A stretch of DNA of 64,000 nucleotides from Eledone cirrhosa (lineage: Eukaryota): assembly GCA_964016885.1 (NCBI GenBank), contig CAXHJY010000608.1, forward strand, positions 91,218 through 155,217, written 5' to 3'. The notes under the pieces were generated by a model. It searched no databases. It was not told the origin of the DNA and saw only the letters and a program-made list of their open reading frames with translations. Shown here one piece after another: positions 33,443-49,915 of the stretch. The translations under genes were made by a program, and so were the position numbers. The stretch's first letter is position 1. Each line of letters opens with the position of its first letter.

Positions 33443-34717
33443 TTAAAAAAATAGTTTAGCGATGTGGGTTTTAATGTTTAGTGAAAAAGGGGGGGCAAAC
33501 CATATTATATTCCTAGTTCTATTTCTTTTTTGGCTTTTGGAATTATTGTAATGCTTTCTATTATAGTTTTTAAAGTTGTTGCCGTAATTAAAATTGTTGT
33601 TATTTTGGTTAGTTTGTCTATTATTATCTATGTACATAATTGTATCACTATATCCTGCTCTAGCTAACGCTTCATTGTAATACTGGGCTTTTTCGTCGAA
33701 AATCTTTTTATTAGATGAGATTCTAGAGATACGTTTTTGAACAGAGTTTACTATAGTATTTTTAACAGATCTGGGGTGGTTAGAGTTAAAGCTGACATAG
33801 TTTAAGTTTTCATTCAACTTGTGAAATGGATAGTGAAGACATGTGTTGAGATTTAATGTTACATCTAGGAAATTGACTATTCTATGGTTATTCTCAATTT
33901 CTATTTTTAGATTAAAATAATTAAAAAATTGTGTAATTTGTTTTCTTTTTCTATTTAGTTCAGAGTTATTATTTTCAATAAGTAAAAGCATGTCATCTCT
34001 ATATAAACCTCCGGTAGCACCGGGTATTTTCCTATGCAGAGAATTGATTATAAATAGGCCCACAAGGTCAGTTACCTGAGCTGAGTCGGATGATCCCATA
34101 GTAATGTCGAAATTGTTATCTCTATCTGCTCTGGTCCATAGTTGGTCATTAAATTCTATCAATGTTTTCCTAGCCGATAATATAATGTGCATTTCATTGC
34201 TAGTTAGGTCTGTATATTTGAATGCGTAATTTTGTGCCTTATTTAGTAGATTAGGGGTAATAGATGAATAATAGTTAGCTATATCTAGTTGAATACATTT
34301 ATTATTATTGTTATATTTTATTTCTTTAAACCACTCAATAACCTCTCCAGTTCCCTTCCACAAGCTCAAGGTAGGTAAACAATTCAAGTTTTTAATTTGC
34401 TGTATCACCCTGTCTAGAATGTTTTTGATTAGTTTACCCAGGTCAGATTTTGATGGTGCAATCAATCTGACTGGCAGGTCATTTTCAAAATTTCTTTTAT
34501 GATCTTTCATATTGATCTTCGGTTTCCTGGGCACGAAAGGTTGTGTTCTGTTCTCAATTTCCAACTCATCCATTATACAAGATGCCTCAACATTCATTTT
34601 CTCAAGCTCAGCCTTATCTGCTACCTTGTACTTTTTCCTCAGTTCTTTCAGTATGAGGCCATTATACATGTCTTGTTGCACTCCATAGAGGTTGTTGGTC
34701 TTGTCAGATTTCACCAA
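33443..34717 (-). CDS. PLE reverse transcriptase (remnant ORF; EN in another frame)
   Basis: KSDKTNN, MKDHK, VRLIAPSK, QLDIANYYSSI, ITMGSSDS, GLYRDD, FLDVTLNL. Confidence 0.85.
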   Translation of the reverse strand: MVKSDKTNNLYGVQQDMYNGLILKELRKKYKVADKAELEKMNVEASCIMDELEIENRTQPFVPRKPKINMKDHKRNFENDLPVRLIAPSKSDLGKLIKNILDRVIQQIKNLNCLPTLSLWKGTGEVIEWFKEIKYNNNNKCIQLDIANYYSSITPNLLNKAQNYAFKYTDLTSNEMHIILSARKTLIEFNDQLWTRADRDNNFDITMGSSDSAQVTDLVGLFIINSLHRKIPGATGGLYRDDMLLLIENNNSELNRKRKQITQFFNYFNLKIEIENNHRIVNFLDVTLNLNTCLHYPFHKLNENLNYVSFNSNHPRSVKNTIVNSVQKRISRISSNKKIFDEKAQYYNEALARAGYSDTIMYIDNNRQTNQNNNNFNYGNNFKNYNRKHYNNSKSQKRNRTRNIIWFAPPFSLNIKTHIAKLFF

Positions 34718-34869
34718 GATCTTCTCAGTTTTCTCTAAGCTCTCAATATTATCCTTAATGCCTTTCAGATATTCCTGGCCTTTGAAGTTTCTCTTGAATT
34801 TGACTCCTTGTATGATAGTAATTATATCGTTTTCAAAGTCAAATAAAATAAAATAAAATAAAATAAAAT

Positions 34870-36100
<1,231 letters not shown>

Positions 36101-36285
36101 TAATACAATAACAGAGAAAGCGTTAAGCTAAACTCTGACTGGCTACCATCTCACTCAACAAACATTAGGATATACCTTAGTATAATCCCAATTTTGTGTT
36201 TGGGGTGCTAACTATATGTATTTTCTGGAATGCCAGTTGTATTCTTTTATATGAGATATAATCAAAATTAAAATATATCTCTCTT

Positions 36286-36407
36286 TCCAAACAATTGTTT
36301 CATTATAAGTTTTCTACACGTTGGCAGAATGTTTCAGGTTCATGTAGAAGCCTACATATTGTTCTGTAAGAACATATGCAGGTGGGCACATATAAATCAT
36401 CATTGGA
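36286..36407 (-). ncRNA. Degenerate hammerhead (C3 to A) with ~100-nt domain II, in island 36101-36497
   Basis: TCCA-ATGATGA-tTTATA..TATAAt-GAAA-CAATTG-TT-TGGA. Confidence 0.45.
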
Positions 36408-36497
36408 TGCCCTTCAAATTTTTTCACCGCAGTTATTTTTTGTTTCAGCTAAGTCGTCCCTTCACGCATCATAATGACCGCCAAATTTGAAATTTTA

Positions 36498-36541
<44 letters not shown>

Positions 36542-36675
36542 ATCTCTCTCTCTATATATATATATTTTATCTATATATATATATATATATATATTTTTTA
36601 TCTATCTCTCTATATATATATTTATATATATATATTATCTATCTATATATATATATATATATATATATTATCTAC

Positions 36676-36707
<32 letters not shown>

Positions 36708-36714
<7 letters not shown>

Positions 36715-38048
36715 TTAGAAACACACAGATACATGCGGACACACACATATATACATGAATGCATCCGCACCCAACTGTGAGTTAAGGGTGCCAACTTCAC
36801 CGATGTTGCTCAATGAATGACTGGGACAGACCAATTCAGTTGTACCAGACTGAACCAGTATCAGAGTTAAAAATACATTATGAAGAGAGAAGAAACATTT
36901 AGATATAATTAGTAATAAAATGTATCATACCTAAACTGCTCCTAAATTCCTCGACTACGTAGTTTCGTGGCATAAATAAAAACAATATATCATAAAGATA
37001 TAGTGTCCCTGCGAGGTCTGCCGACTTATCAAGAGGATACCTCATTTTACTAGTCTCAAGAACGCGTCTACACGACGTGAGAAAGAATCCCAAAAGGCGG
37101 AGGGGGAGATAGTCACGCGATATAACGGTCGAGAAACAGAGCTAAGCCTCTTATAACCCCGAAGAAAATACCACGGAGGTGGAGGGGGTATTTATATCGA
37201 GGCCGTAGAAGAGGTGGTGAAGAAGGCGAGAAGTATGAGTAATGGAAGCTTTCCAGCTGTCCCCACACTTCAAAGGTTGCTCGACCAGAGGGAGTTATTA
37301 ACAATATATTTAGAAACACACAGATACATGCGGACACACACATATATACATGATTGCATCCGCACCCAACGTAGTCGAGGAATTTAGGAGCAGTTTAGGT
37401 ATGATACATTTTATTACTAATTATATCTAAATGTTTCTTCTCTCTTCATAATGTATTTTTAACTCTGATACTGGTTCAGTCTGGTACAACTGAATTGGTC
37501 TGTCCCAGTCATTCATTGAGCAACATCGGTGAAGTTGGCACCCTTAACTCACAGTTGGGTGCGGATGCATTCATGTATATATGTGTGTGTCCGCATGTAT
37601 CTGTGTGTTTCTAAATATATTGTTAATAACTCCCTCTGGTCGAGCAACCTTTGAAGTGTGGGGACAGCTGGAAAGCTTCCATTACTCATACTTCTCGCCT
37701 TCTTCACCACCTCTTCTACGGCCTCGATATAAATACCCCCTCCGCCTCCGTGGTATTTTCTTCGGGGTTATAAGACGCTTAGCTCTGTTTCTCGACCGTT
37801 ATATCGCGTGACTATCTCCCCCTCCGCCTTTTGGGATTCTTTCTCACGTCGTGTAGACGCGTTCTTGAGACTAGTAAAATGAGGTATCCTCTTGATAAGT
37901 CGGCAGACCTCGCAGGGACTCTATATCTTTATGATATATTGTTTTTGTTTATGCCACGAAACTACGTAGTCGAGGAATTTAGGAGCAGTTTAGGTATGAT
38001 ACATTTTATTACTAATTATATCTAAATGTTTCTTCTCTCTTCATAATG

Positions 38049-38052
<4 letters not shown>
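36708..38052. mobile_element. ~595-bp unit element as two divergent arms, each slightly over one unit
   Basis: 36708-37369 (minus) and 37370-38052 (plus) are inverted, circularly permuted copies. Diverged relative at 42061-42325. Confidence 0.87.
37887..37976 (+). ncRNA. Type I hammerhead, U3-A8 core variant, 595-bp family
   Basis: TCCTC-TTGATAA-GTcGGCA..TGCCAC-GAAA-CTACGTAG-TC-GAGGA. Minus copy at 36948-37037. Confidence 0.82.
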
Positions 38053-38103
<51 letters not shown>

Positions 38104-38203
38104 CTATATATATATATATATTATCTATCTATATATATATATATATATATATTATCTATATATATATATATTATCTATATATATATATATATATATATAA
38201 TAT

Positions 38204-39049
38204 AAAAGACGTAAAATAAGAAAATTTAAAAAAATTTTTTTTAAAAAATTAACTTACTTACTTAAATGTTCACTCCAACTAATTAGTTTCTGCAATGGGA
38301 TAAAGACAGTTATGTAATGAACTGTTGAGAATTTCGTTGCGTCATCAGGGATGTCTATTCTCAGCCAAGTCTGCAGGCAATGCCCGGACACTGGGGACTC
38401 ATATAAAAATAATAATAATTCGGTAAATGGAACAGCTATCGAGGACTGGATTCCAGGTACTGAAAATTCTCACTGGTACCGGTCATATGGCCGATTCTAA
38501 AGAATCAATCACGTGATACAGAGGCTAGTCAGTAGGAATGGGATGGTAAGATGACAGACGCCTACTACTGGGGGTGTTAGTAGGCGTCTGTCATCTTACC
38601 ATCCCATTCCTACTGACTAGCCTCTGTGTCACGTGATTGATTCTTTAGAATCGGCCATATGACCAGTAGCAGTGAGAATATTCAGTACCTGGAATCCAGT
38701 CCTCGATAGCTGTTCCATTTACCGAATTATTATTATTTTTATATGAGTCCCCAGTGTCCGGGCATTGCCTGGAGACTTGGCTGAGAATAGAACTCCCTGA
38801 TGACGCAATGAAATTCTCAACAGTTCATTACGTAACTGTCTTTATCCCGTTGCAGAAACTAATTAGTTGGAGTGAAAATTTAAGTAAGTTAACTTTAAAA
38901 AATTTTTTTTTTTAATTTTTCTTATTTTACGTCTTTTATATTATTGTTCTGCATCCTCCTGCATTGAACCACCTAGGTACTATGACATAACGTGTGTATT
39001 TGCTGGCATTAGCGTACATCTGTGCGCTTATGTTAGTAGATATATTAAA
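38204..39049. mobile_element. Fold-back insertion of a diverged 522-bp-family element
   Basis: 38204-38570 inverts 38578-38940, with ~110 nt of extra tail on the right. HHRs at 38272-38353(-) and 38792-38873(+). Confidence 0.85.
38792..38873 (+). ncRNA. Type I hammerhead, 522-bp family relative
   Basis: ACTCC-CTGATGA-cGCAATG..CGTTGCa-GAAA-CTAATTAG-TT-GGAGT; covaries with 530-611. Confidence 0.8.
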
Positions 39050-39119
39050 TTATCTATATATATACATATATATTATCTATATATATATATATATTATCTA
39101 TCTATATATATATATATTA

Positions 39120-39208
<89 letters not shown>

Positions 39209-39417
39209 CTATATATATATTATAAATTATATATAGATATATATATATATGATCTAGATATATATATATTATCTATATATATATATATATATATATTATC
39301 GATATATATATATATATTATCTATATATATATATATATTATCTCTCTCTATATATATATATATATATATTATCAATATATCTATATATATATATTATCTA
39401 TCTATCTATATATATTA

Positions 39418-39455
<38 letters not shown>

Positions 39456-39604
39456 TTATCTATATATATATATATATTTTATCTATATATATTATCTATA
39501 TATATATATATATATTATCTATATATATATATATTTTATCAATATATATATATATATATTATCTATCTATATATATACATATATTATCTATATATATACA
39601 TATA

Positions 39605-39666
<62 letters not shown>

Positions 39667-39764
39667 CTATATATATATATTATCTATATATATATATATT
39701 ATCTATATAAATATATATATATTATATATATATATACATATTATCTATATATATATATAAATTA

Positions 39765-39802
<38 letters not shown>

Positions 39803-39863
39803 TATATATATATTATCTATATATATATATATATATATTATCTATATATATATATATATATTA

Positions 39864-39896
<33 letters not shown>

Positions 39897-39901
<5 letters not shown>

Positions 39902-41680
39902 TAATATATATGAGTAATATATATGTTGAAACAGATACCAACATATCTGTATTTATATTGCAAAAGAAAGTTAGCCAGACTGAAGAATATTAATTATTAT
40001 ACCACAGTTCGTCCACATCGATTTAAAATAATAATAATAATAAATCGACAAAAAACTAGTTGTGCTGCCAAATGGCAATGATGTTTATACATATTTAAAT
40101 TTCAAAGTCAAACCTGTTCAGTAGATAAGTTTAAACCTCAAAATCCAAACATGTTTCGAGATGGATATAAGTGTAGGAATATCATGCCACTGCTCTCCTC
40201 AGTAAACATCCAGAGACAATTGATAAGCTTCACTTCTAAATAATTTAAAAGGATTTTTACTGAGGAGAGCAGTGGCATGATATTCCTACACTTATATCCA
40301 TCTCGAAACATGTTTGGATTTTGAGGTTTAAACTTATCTACTGAACAGGTTTGACTTTGAAATTTAAATATGTATAAACATCATTGCCATTTGGCAGCAC
40401 AACTAGTTTTTGTCGATTTATTATTATTATTATTTTAAATCGATGTGGACGAACTGTGGTATAATAATTAATATTCTTCAGTCTGGCTAACTTTCTTTTG
40501 CAATATAAATACAGATATGTTGGTATCTGTTTCAACATATATATTACTCATATATATTACTTTTATACACGGCTCAGGAATATTTCCTTTCGAGCTAATT
40601 CCATTGTAAAAGAATTCCTTACACTTAATATAACGGCTCTTCGTCGAGCTAAATTTCGCCTCATATATACGACTGTTATTTCTAGCAGTACGGTTATGAG
40701 ACTAGCCTGAATCTGTGAACCCATGTGCGTCACACAGTCTTTTAAATTATTTAGAAGTGAAGCGTATCAATTGTCTCTGGATGTTTACTGAGGAGAGCAG
40801 TGGCATGATATTCCTACACTTATATCCATCTCGAAACATGTTTGGATTTTGAGGTTTAAACTTATCTACTGAACAGGTTTGACTTTGAAATTTAAATATG
40901 TATAAACATCATTGCCATTTGGCAGCACAACTAGTTTTTGTCGATTTATTATTATTATTATTTTAAATCGATGTGGACGAACTGTGGTATAATAATTAAT
41001 ATTCTTCAGTCTGGCTAACTTTCTTTTGCAATATAAATACAGATATGTTGGTATCTGTTTCAACATATATATTACTCATATATATTACTTTTATACACGG
41101 CTCAGGAATATTTCCTTTCGAGCTAATTCCATTGTAAAAGAATTCCTTACACTTAATATAACGGCTCTTCGTCGAGCTAAATTTCGCCTCATATATACGA
41201 CTGTTATTTCTAGCAGTCCGGTTATGAGACTAGCCTGAATCTGTGAACCCATGTGCGTCACACAGTCTTTTAAATTATTTAGAAGTGAAGCTTATCAATT
41301 GTCTCTGGATGTTTACTGAGGAAAGCAGTGGCATGATATTCCTACACTTATATCCATCTCGAAACATGTTTGGATTTTGAGGTTTAAACTTATCTACTGA
41401 ACAGGTTTGACTTTGAAATTTAAATATGTATAAACATCATTGCCATTTGGCAGCACAACTAGTTTTTGTCGATTTATTATTATTATTATTTTAAATCGAT
41501 GTGGACGAACTGTGGTATAATAATTAATATTCTTCAGTCTGGCTAACTTTCTTTTGCAATATAAATACAGATATGTTGGTATCTGTTTCAACATATATAT
41601 TACTCATATATATTACTTTTATACACGGCTCAGGAATATTTCCTTTCGAGCTAATTCCATTGTAAAAGAATTCCTTACAC

Positions 41681-41686
<6 letters not shown>
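39897..41686. mobile_element. 528-bp retrozyme-like element: inverted arm (39897-40250) plus 2.7 tandem units
   Basis: Period 528 (ORF track 40338/40866/41394). One HHR per unit; TA flanks. Confidence 0.88.
40783..40847 (+). ncRNA. Type I hammerhead, 528-bp family (wobble-rich stem I)
   Basis: GTTTA-CTGAGGA-GAG..CTC-GAAA-CATG-TT-TGGAT. Other copies at 40143-40207(-), ~40255-40319 and 41311-41375. Confidence 0.68.
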
Positions 41687-41720
<34 letters not shown>

Positions 41721-42060
41721 CTATATATATATATTATCTATATATACATATATATATATATTATCTCTATATATATATATTATCTCTCTCTCTATATATA
41801 TATATATTATCTATATATCTATATATATATATATATTATCTATATATATATATATATATATATATATTATCTATATATCTATATATATATATATATTATC
41901 TATATATATATATATATTATCTATATATCTCTATATATATAATCTCTCTCTCTATATATATATTATCTATATATATATATATTATCTATATATATATATA
42001 TTATCTATATATATATATATATTTTCTCTCTATATATATATATTATCTATATATATATAT

Positions 42061-42458
<398 letters not shown>

Positions 42459-42515
42459 GTATATATATATATATATATGATCTATATATATCTATATTTA
42501 TATATATATATGATC

Positions 42516-42553
<38 letters not shown>

Positions 42554-42591
42554 CTATATATATACATATATATATTATCTATATAAATATA

Positions 42592-42624
<33 letters not shown>

Positions 42625-42777
42625 TATCTCTATATATACATATATATATTATCTATATAAATATATATATATATATATATTATCTATATATATACACATA
42701 TATATATATATATATATATATTATCTATATATATACATATATATATTATCTCTATAAATATATATATATATATTATC

Positions 42778-42831
<54 letters not shown>

Positions 42832-42851
42832 CTATATATATATATATTATC

Positions 42852-42886
<35 letters not shown>

Positions 42887-42888
42887 TC

Positions 42889-42923
<35 letters not shown>

Positions 42924-43216
42924 TATCTATATATATAAATATATATATATATATATTATCTATATATATAAATATATATATATATATAAATATATATATA
43001 TTATCTATATATATAAATATATATATATATTATCTATATATATAAATATATATATATATATAAATATATATATATTATCTATATATATAAATATATATAT
43101 ATATTATCTATATATATAAATATATATATATTATCTATATATATAAATATATATATATTATCTATATATATAAATATATATATATTATCTATATATATAA
43201 ATATATATATAAATAT

Positions 43217-43402
43217 ACGTTATTCCGGGTTGAATCGGAGGTAACCACAGTAAGTAAGGTACTCAATACATAGCAGAGTATAAAAGTTTTAATAAGATAT
43301 ATGTGGTGGGAGAAAAGAGGTAGATAGAGTAATATCTATCATACGAGGTGGGAGAGATACAGTTAAAAACAGCCGATATATAAGTCTCGTCAAGTGTAGA
43401 GG
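43217..43402 (-). mobile_element. Chimeric fragment: 3' end of the 55262-56004 family fused to a PLE family A pLTR piece
   Basis: 43217-43294 is the reverse complement of ~55928-56004; 43295-43401 is the reverse complement of ~44060-44184. Confidence 0.75.
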
Positions 43403-43446
43403 AGAAAAAGAAAGAAAGATGCATATATATATATATATGTATATAA

Positions 43447-43577
<131 letters not shown>

Positions 43578-43634
43578 AATATATATATATATGTATATTT
43601 ATAAATAAATATATATATATATGTATATTTATAA

Positions 43635-43731
<97 letters not shown>

Positions 43732-44624
43732 CTATATATATATATATATATTATCTATATATATATATATATATGCAAAAGTTTTATTTAAAATTGTAGG
43801 GTTACAACGAGTAAATATTTTATAACTGATATAAAAGCACTCAACAGGTTTTGGAGTAGGTTTGCGATATTAAACAAATGGAAACTATATTTATAAAACC
43901 ATATTTATTTCATTATATATATTTCAGGGATACCATATTAAAAATATTCATTCATGAATATTGATATCTACATTGTAATACCTAATTCATATGAATTGAT
44001 AATTCAAATCGACGAGACATAATATTTTAAATATATTTTAAATATATTTTAAATATATCATCTTTCTTTCTTTTTCTCCTCTACACTTGACGAGACTTAT
44101 ATATCGGCTGTTTTTAACTGTATTTCTCCCACCTCGTATGATAGATATTACTCGATCTACCTCTTTTCTCCCACCACATATATCTCTCTCTACCTCTCTT
44201 TATTTATCATATTTCTCTCCGTATCCTTAACACTATAACTAAATAAATAAATAAATAAATAATTACAGTACCCCCTCCCCTCCTTAATATCTCATTTCTA
44301 CGCTGATCATCTGTCTCCAAGCTGCCTATCATTTTTCACTCCCTCAATATATTTCTCTCTCCCATATCTCTTTCTCTCTATCTCGCTCTGTTGCTTTCTT
44401 TGCATACATCTCTTCATCTTCTTCTCTAACTGTCCTTAGCGCTATGCATTTTCTTTCTTCTTCTCTTCTTTTTTTATCTTCTTTTTTTTTTTCTTTTTTT
44501 CTTTTTTCTCTTCGTCCTTCTTTTTAACTGTCCTCAACATTTTCACTACCAAATCAACTTTTTAAATGGAAGTTGCACTGTTCTATGTATGTCAAATTTA
44601 TTTATAAAATGGTTTATATATTGT

Positions 44625-44688
44625 ATTTTGTCTGAGGAAGGCATACCATATTTTTAATATGGTATCCCTGAAATATATATAATGAAAT
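44625..44688 (+). ncRNA. Type I hammerhead of PLE family A, ~180 nt upstream of the ATG
   Basis: ATTTTGT-CTGAGGA-AGGcATACCATAT..ATATGGTATcCCT-GAAA-TATATA-TA-ATGAAAT. Another copy at 49957-50020(-). Confidence 0.85.
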
Positions 44689-44869
44689 AAATATGGTTTT
44701 ATAAATATAGTTTCCATTTGTTTAATATCGTAAACCTACTCCAAAACCTGTTGAGTGCTTTTATATCAGTTATAAAATATTTACTCGTTGTAACCCTACA
44801 ATTTTAAATACAACTTTTGCATATATTTTGCTCCAATACGGTTGGGCGCTTTATATTATAACTGAAAAA

Positions 44870-47081
44870 ATGGAATTCTTTAAGATCTCTTCTTCTCTAA
44901 AAGACATACCTCTACCTAGAAACAAGGACTTTATTAAACAACTAATAGATAAATCAGACTCGTTTATAAGGAGAATCAGGTGGCGTGCATTCCACTTTGA
45001 TAAATCTAATATAAATGAAAATGTCTCAGACTTAGACAAAGTTTTCAAATCCAAAAAAAATCCACCCCCCAACAAACTTTTAATTGATTTTGAAAACGAT
45101 ATAATTTCTATCATACAAGGAGTCAAATTCAAGAGAAACATCAAAGGCCAGGAGTATCTGAAAAGCATTAAGGATAATATTGTGAGCTTAGAGAGAACAG
45201 AGAAGATCTTGGTGAAATCGGACAAAACCAACAACCTCTATGGAGTGGAAAAAGACATGTATAATGGCCTCATACTGAAAGAACTAAGGTAAAAGTACAA
45301 GGTAGCAGATAAGGCCGAACTTGAGAAAATGAATGTTGAGGCATCTTGTATAATGCACGAGTTGGAAGTTGAGAACAAAACACAACCTTTCGTGCCCAGG
45401 AAACCCAAGATCAATATGAAAGACCACAAAAGGAATTTTGAAAATGACTTGCCAGTCAGATTGATTGCACCATCAAAATCTGACCTGGGTAAGCTTAGCA
45501 AAAACATTCTAGACAGGGTGATACAGCAAATTAAAAACTTGAACTGTTTACCTAACTTGACCTTGTGGAAGGGAACTGGGGAGGTCATTGAGTGGTTTAA
45601 TGAAATTAAATATAACAATAATAATAAATTTATTCAACTAGATATTGCTAACTACTATTCATCTATTACCCCTAATCTACTAAATAAGGCTCTAAATTAC
45701 GCATTCAAACATACAGACCTAACTAGCAATGAAATGCACATTATATTATCGGCAAGGAAAACATTGATAGAATTTAATAACCAACTATGGACTAGGGCAG
45801 ATAGAGATAATAATTTCGACATTACTATGGGATCATCCGACTCAGCTCAGGTAACGGACCTTGTGGGCCTATTTATAATTAATTCGCTGCATAGGAAAAT
45901 ACCCGGTCTTACCGGAGGATTATATAGAGATGACATGCTTTTACTTATTGAAAATAATAACTCTGAACTAAATAGAAAAAGAAAACAAATTATACAATTT
46001 TGTAATTACCTTAATCTAAAAATAGAAATTGAGAATAACCATAGAATAGTCAATTTCATAGATGTAACATTAAATCTCAACACATGCCTTCACTATCCAT
46101 TTCACAAGTTAAATGAAAACTTGAATTATGTCAGTTTTAGCTCTAATCACCCCAGATCTGTCAAAAATACTATAGTGAACTCTGTTCAAAAACGTATCTC
46201 TAGAATCTCATCTAATAAAAATATTTTCGACGAAAAAGCCCAGTATTACAATGATGCGTTAGCTAGAGCAGGATATACTGATAAAATTATGTACATCGAC
46301 AAACTAACCGAAATAACAACAATTTTAATCACAGTAACAACTTTAACAACTATGATAGAAAGCATTACAATAATTCCAAAAACCAGAAAAGAAATAGAAC
46401 TAGAAATATAATATGGTTTGCCACCCTTTCTCACTAAACATTAAAACCCACATCGCTAAACTATTTTTTAATGCTCTTGACAAACGCTTCCCTAGAACAC
46501 ATAAGTATCACTCAATTTTCAATAGACATACCATAAAATTAACATACTCGTCCACCAAAAATTTAGCACAAAATATTAATAGAATAAATAATAGGAATCT
46601 AAAACCTAGCCAAAATACCGAAAATAGCCTAAACAATATTCAAGTAAACAACTGTAACTGTAGAGATAGATCTAAATGTCCGCTAAATAACAATTGCTTA
46701 GTTAAAAATATAATATACAACTGTAATGTTAAAACTGACTTAAATTATTTTAATTATGTTGGTTCCACCTCGACAGAATTTAAACTTCGCTATAATAATC
46801 ACAAGAATTCTTTCACGGATCCAAGTAAAAAATCTTCAACATCACTATCAGGTTTACTCTGGCAACTTAAACATGATAACGTTGGATATTCGATGGTTTG
46901 GAATATAGTCTCAAAAGGGATTCCTTTTAATTCCTCTCCTGAGACATGTGACCTCTGCGCGGAGGAGATATTCTTTATACTAAAATCTAAAAATTCCCTT
47001 AATTTACGGACCAATTTATTCAGCTGCTGCAGACATAGATTGAACTCAACTTTTAAATATAAATATAAATTTAAAATGTAG
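44870..47081 (+). pseudogene. PLE RT plus GIY-YIG polyprotein with one nonsense change and one frameshift
   Basis: MEF..SSLKDIPLP..RIRWRAFHF, KSDKT, YRDD, CNCRDRSKC, YVGST, CDLC. TAA at 45290-45292 where the sister copy reads Lys; frameshift near 46300-46420. Confidence 0.9.
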
Positions 47082-49036
47082 TATATTTACTTAAGATATT
47101 TAACTATTTATGAAACTTGCCGATAAATCTTTCGATTCCTTCAATTTTTTTAAAACCTTCTGCATGAGTATATAAATTAATAAGATTAATTAAAGTACCC
47201 TATAATGGTGATGTTCCCAATCTATTGAATACATTTTTAAGCTAGATAAACTTCTATAATAAATATAAGAGCATTTGTAGAATAAATTTTTTTTTTGAAT
47301 GATTTCTGCTAAATAAGGTTTGTTGAATAATTTTGGTTTAGTTTACTTTTGATTATGATTGCTTCTAATGAACTTGACAATATATTGTCAAATAAATTTG
47401 AAGGGTGGTTTTCTGTGGTTGATGCGCGTGGCATACTATGTTTTATTGCGTCCCTAGTTACTCTGTGGAGTGACGAAGATATTCTTGGCGTTTTTAATAT
47501 ATTTTTTTAGTATATTTTTAATATATTTTTAATATATTGATATCTGTTGTCTAATCTATGCTTGAACGATAATCATGTAAGTGAGGGCAAGAATATTATT
47601 ATTAATATTAATGTACACTTTATGTCTATATATATATGTATGTACATATATGTATGGTGGAATCTTTTGTAACGCAATGAAGCTTTTCAGAGCCGATCAC
47701 GTAAATTCACATGTGTGTCCATAATTGTCAACTTGAATTTGAGATAACCTTCTCTTTTCTCTTTTTCTTTTTTCATGAAAATACATATATACTTATGTAT
47801 TTCAGAAGTTTTGAAGTTTCATCTCAGATTTTGCTTATAAACCTAAGAATTTTTAAACTAAACATGGGGTCACAATTTTTTCATTTTTTCACACGTTATT
47901 GATATGTGTCTCATTCATGAATATTGATATCTACATTGTAATACCTAATTCATATGAATTGATAATTCAAATCGACGAGACATAATATTTTAAATATATT
48001 TTAAATATATCATCTTTCTTTCTTTTTCTCCTCTACACTTGACGGGACTTATATATCGGCTGTTTTTAACTGTATCTCTCCCACCTCGTATGATAGGTAT
48101 TATTCGATCTACCTCTTTTCTCCCACCACATATATCTCTCTATACCTCTCTTTATTTATCATATTTCTCTCCGTATCCTTAACACTATAACTAAATAAAT
48201 AAATAAATAAATAATTACAGTACCCCCTTCCCTCCTTAATATCTCATTTGTACGCTGATCATCTGTCTCCAAGCTGCCTATCATTTTTCACTCCCTCAAT
48301 ATATTTCTCTCTCCCATATCTCTTTCTCTCTATCTCGCTCTGTTGCTTTCTTTGCATACATCTCTTCATCTTCTTCTCTAACTGTCCTTAGCGCTATACA
48401 CTTTCTTTCTTCTTCTCTTCTTTTTTCTTTTTTTTTTTCTTCTTTTTTTCTTTTTTCTCTTCGTCCTTCTTTTTAACTGTCCTCAACATTTTCACTACCA
48501 AATCAACTTTTTAAATGGAAGTTGCACTGTTCTATGTATGTCATAAATGTTTTTTCATTCTCATATATTGTTTCATTTTTATATATATATCGAGAATGAC
48601 ACTTCTTTTTACTATTACACTCCCTTCCCTATTTATCTTCAGCATATAAGTGATCGCGTGTGTGAGTGTTTATACGCGTGCTTTCATACTCGTATGTGTA
48701 TATATTTAATACCTGTATCTGGATGTATGTTAAATATATTATCTTACAATTTCATTATCAACTCATATTATATAAGTATTTGTGGTCACACATACACAAA
48801 TATACTTGGCCTCATATATGTACTTACGCACACATTTTCACCATACACATGCATTTGTACATACACACATATGTACATTTGTGAGTGAATATACATACAT
48901 ATATATATATACCCTAACTATATTTCCTTATTTTTTTATATATCTTTGCATTACTTTTATTTATATATTTTTTTGCCCGGTAAACTCTTGCCTTTCTTGA
49001 GGAGATTTATCAAATATATCACTATGTTTTAAATTG

Positions 49037-49104
49037 CCTTGTCCGATGAACGAATGAGGACGTTTTTCGTATTCGTCTTATTCGGGAAACCTCTGGTAAT
49101 GAGG
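49037..49104 (+). ncRNA. Hammerhead-like fold with CCGAUGA core (U4 to C), in fragment 48544-49135
   Basis: CCTTGT-CCGATGA-aCGAATGAGgACG..CGTCTTATTCGg-GAAA-CC tct GG-TA-ATGAGG. Second copy at 52363-52430. Confidence 0.7.
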
Positions 49105-49130
49105 TAATTATATTGTATTGTTTATTATAC

Positions 49131-49303
<173 letters not shown>

Positions 49304-49374
49304 AATATATATATATAAATATATATATATATAAATATATATGTATAAATATATATATATATATATATATGCAT

Positions 49375-49405
<31 letters not shown>

Positions 49406-49565
49406 GCATAATATATATAAATATATATATATAAATATGTATATATATATGCATTATATAAATATATATATATATATATATATGCATAATATATATATAT
49501 ACACATAATATATATATATATATATACACATAATATATATAGATAATATATATATATTATCTCCT

Positions 49566-49596
<31 letters not shown>

Positions 49597-49915
49597 GCAT
49601 AATATATATATATACACATAATATATATATATATATACACATAATATATATATATATATAGATAATATATATATATATATTATCTCCTTCTCTCTCTATA
49701 TATATATATATAAATATATATATATGTATACATAATATATATATACATATATAAATATATATATATATATATGTATATACATAATATATATATATATATA
49801 CATTATATATATATATATATATATATATAAATATATGTATATACATAATATATATATATATATACATAATATATATATATATACATAATATATATATATA
49901 TATATATATATATAC

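Larger units (their letters stand above)
31295..34840 (-). mobile_element. Hydra-like PLE family A, 5'-truncated, with 3' UTR/pLTR
   Basis: RT ORF 33443-34717 followed by a frameshifted EN at ~32842-33445. The 3' region is homologous to 47082-48543 and 44595-44822. HHR at 31427-31490. Confidence 0.9.
43774..48543 (+). mobile_element. Near full-length Hydra-like PLE family A with direct pseudo-LTRs and an inverted 5' arm
   Basis: Direct repeats 43948-44594 and 47911-48543 (period 3963). 43774-43946 inverts ~44650-44822. The RT-EN coding region lies in between. Confidence 0.92.
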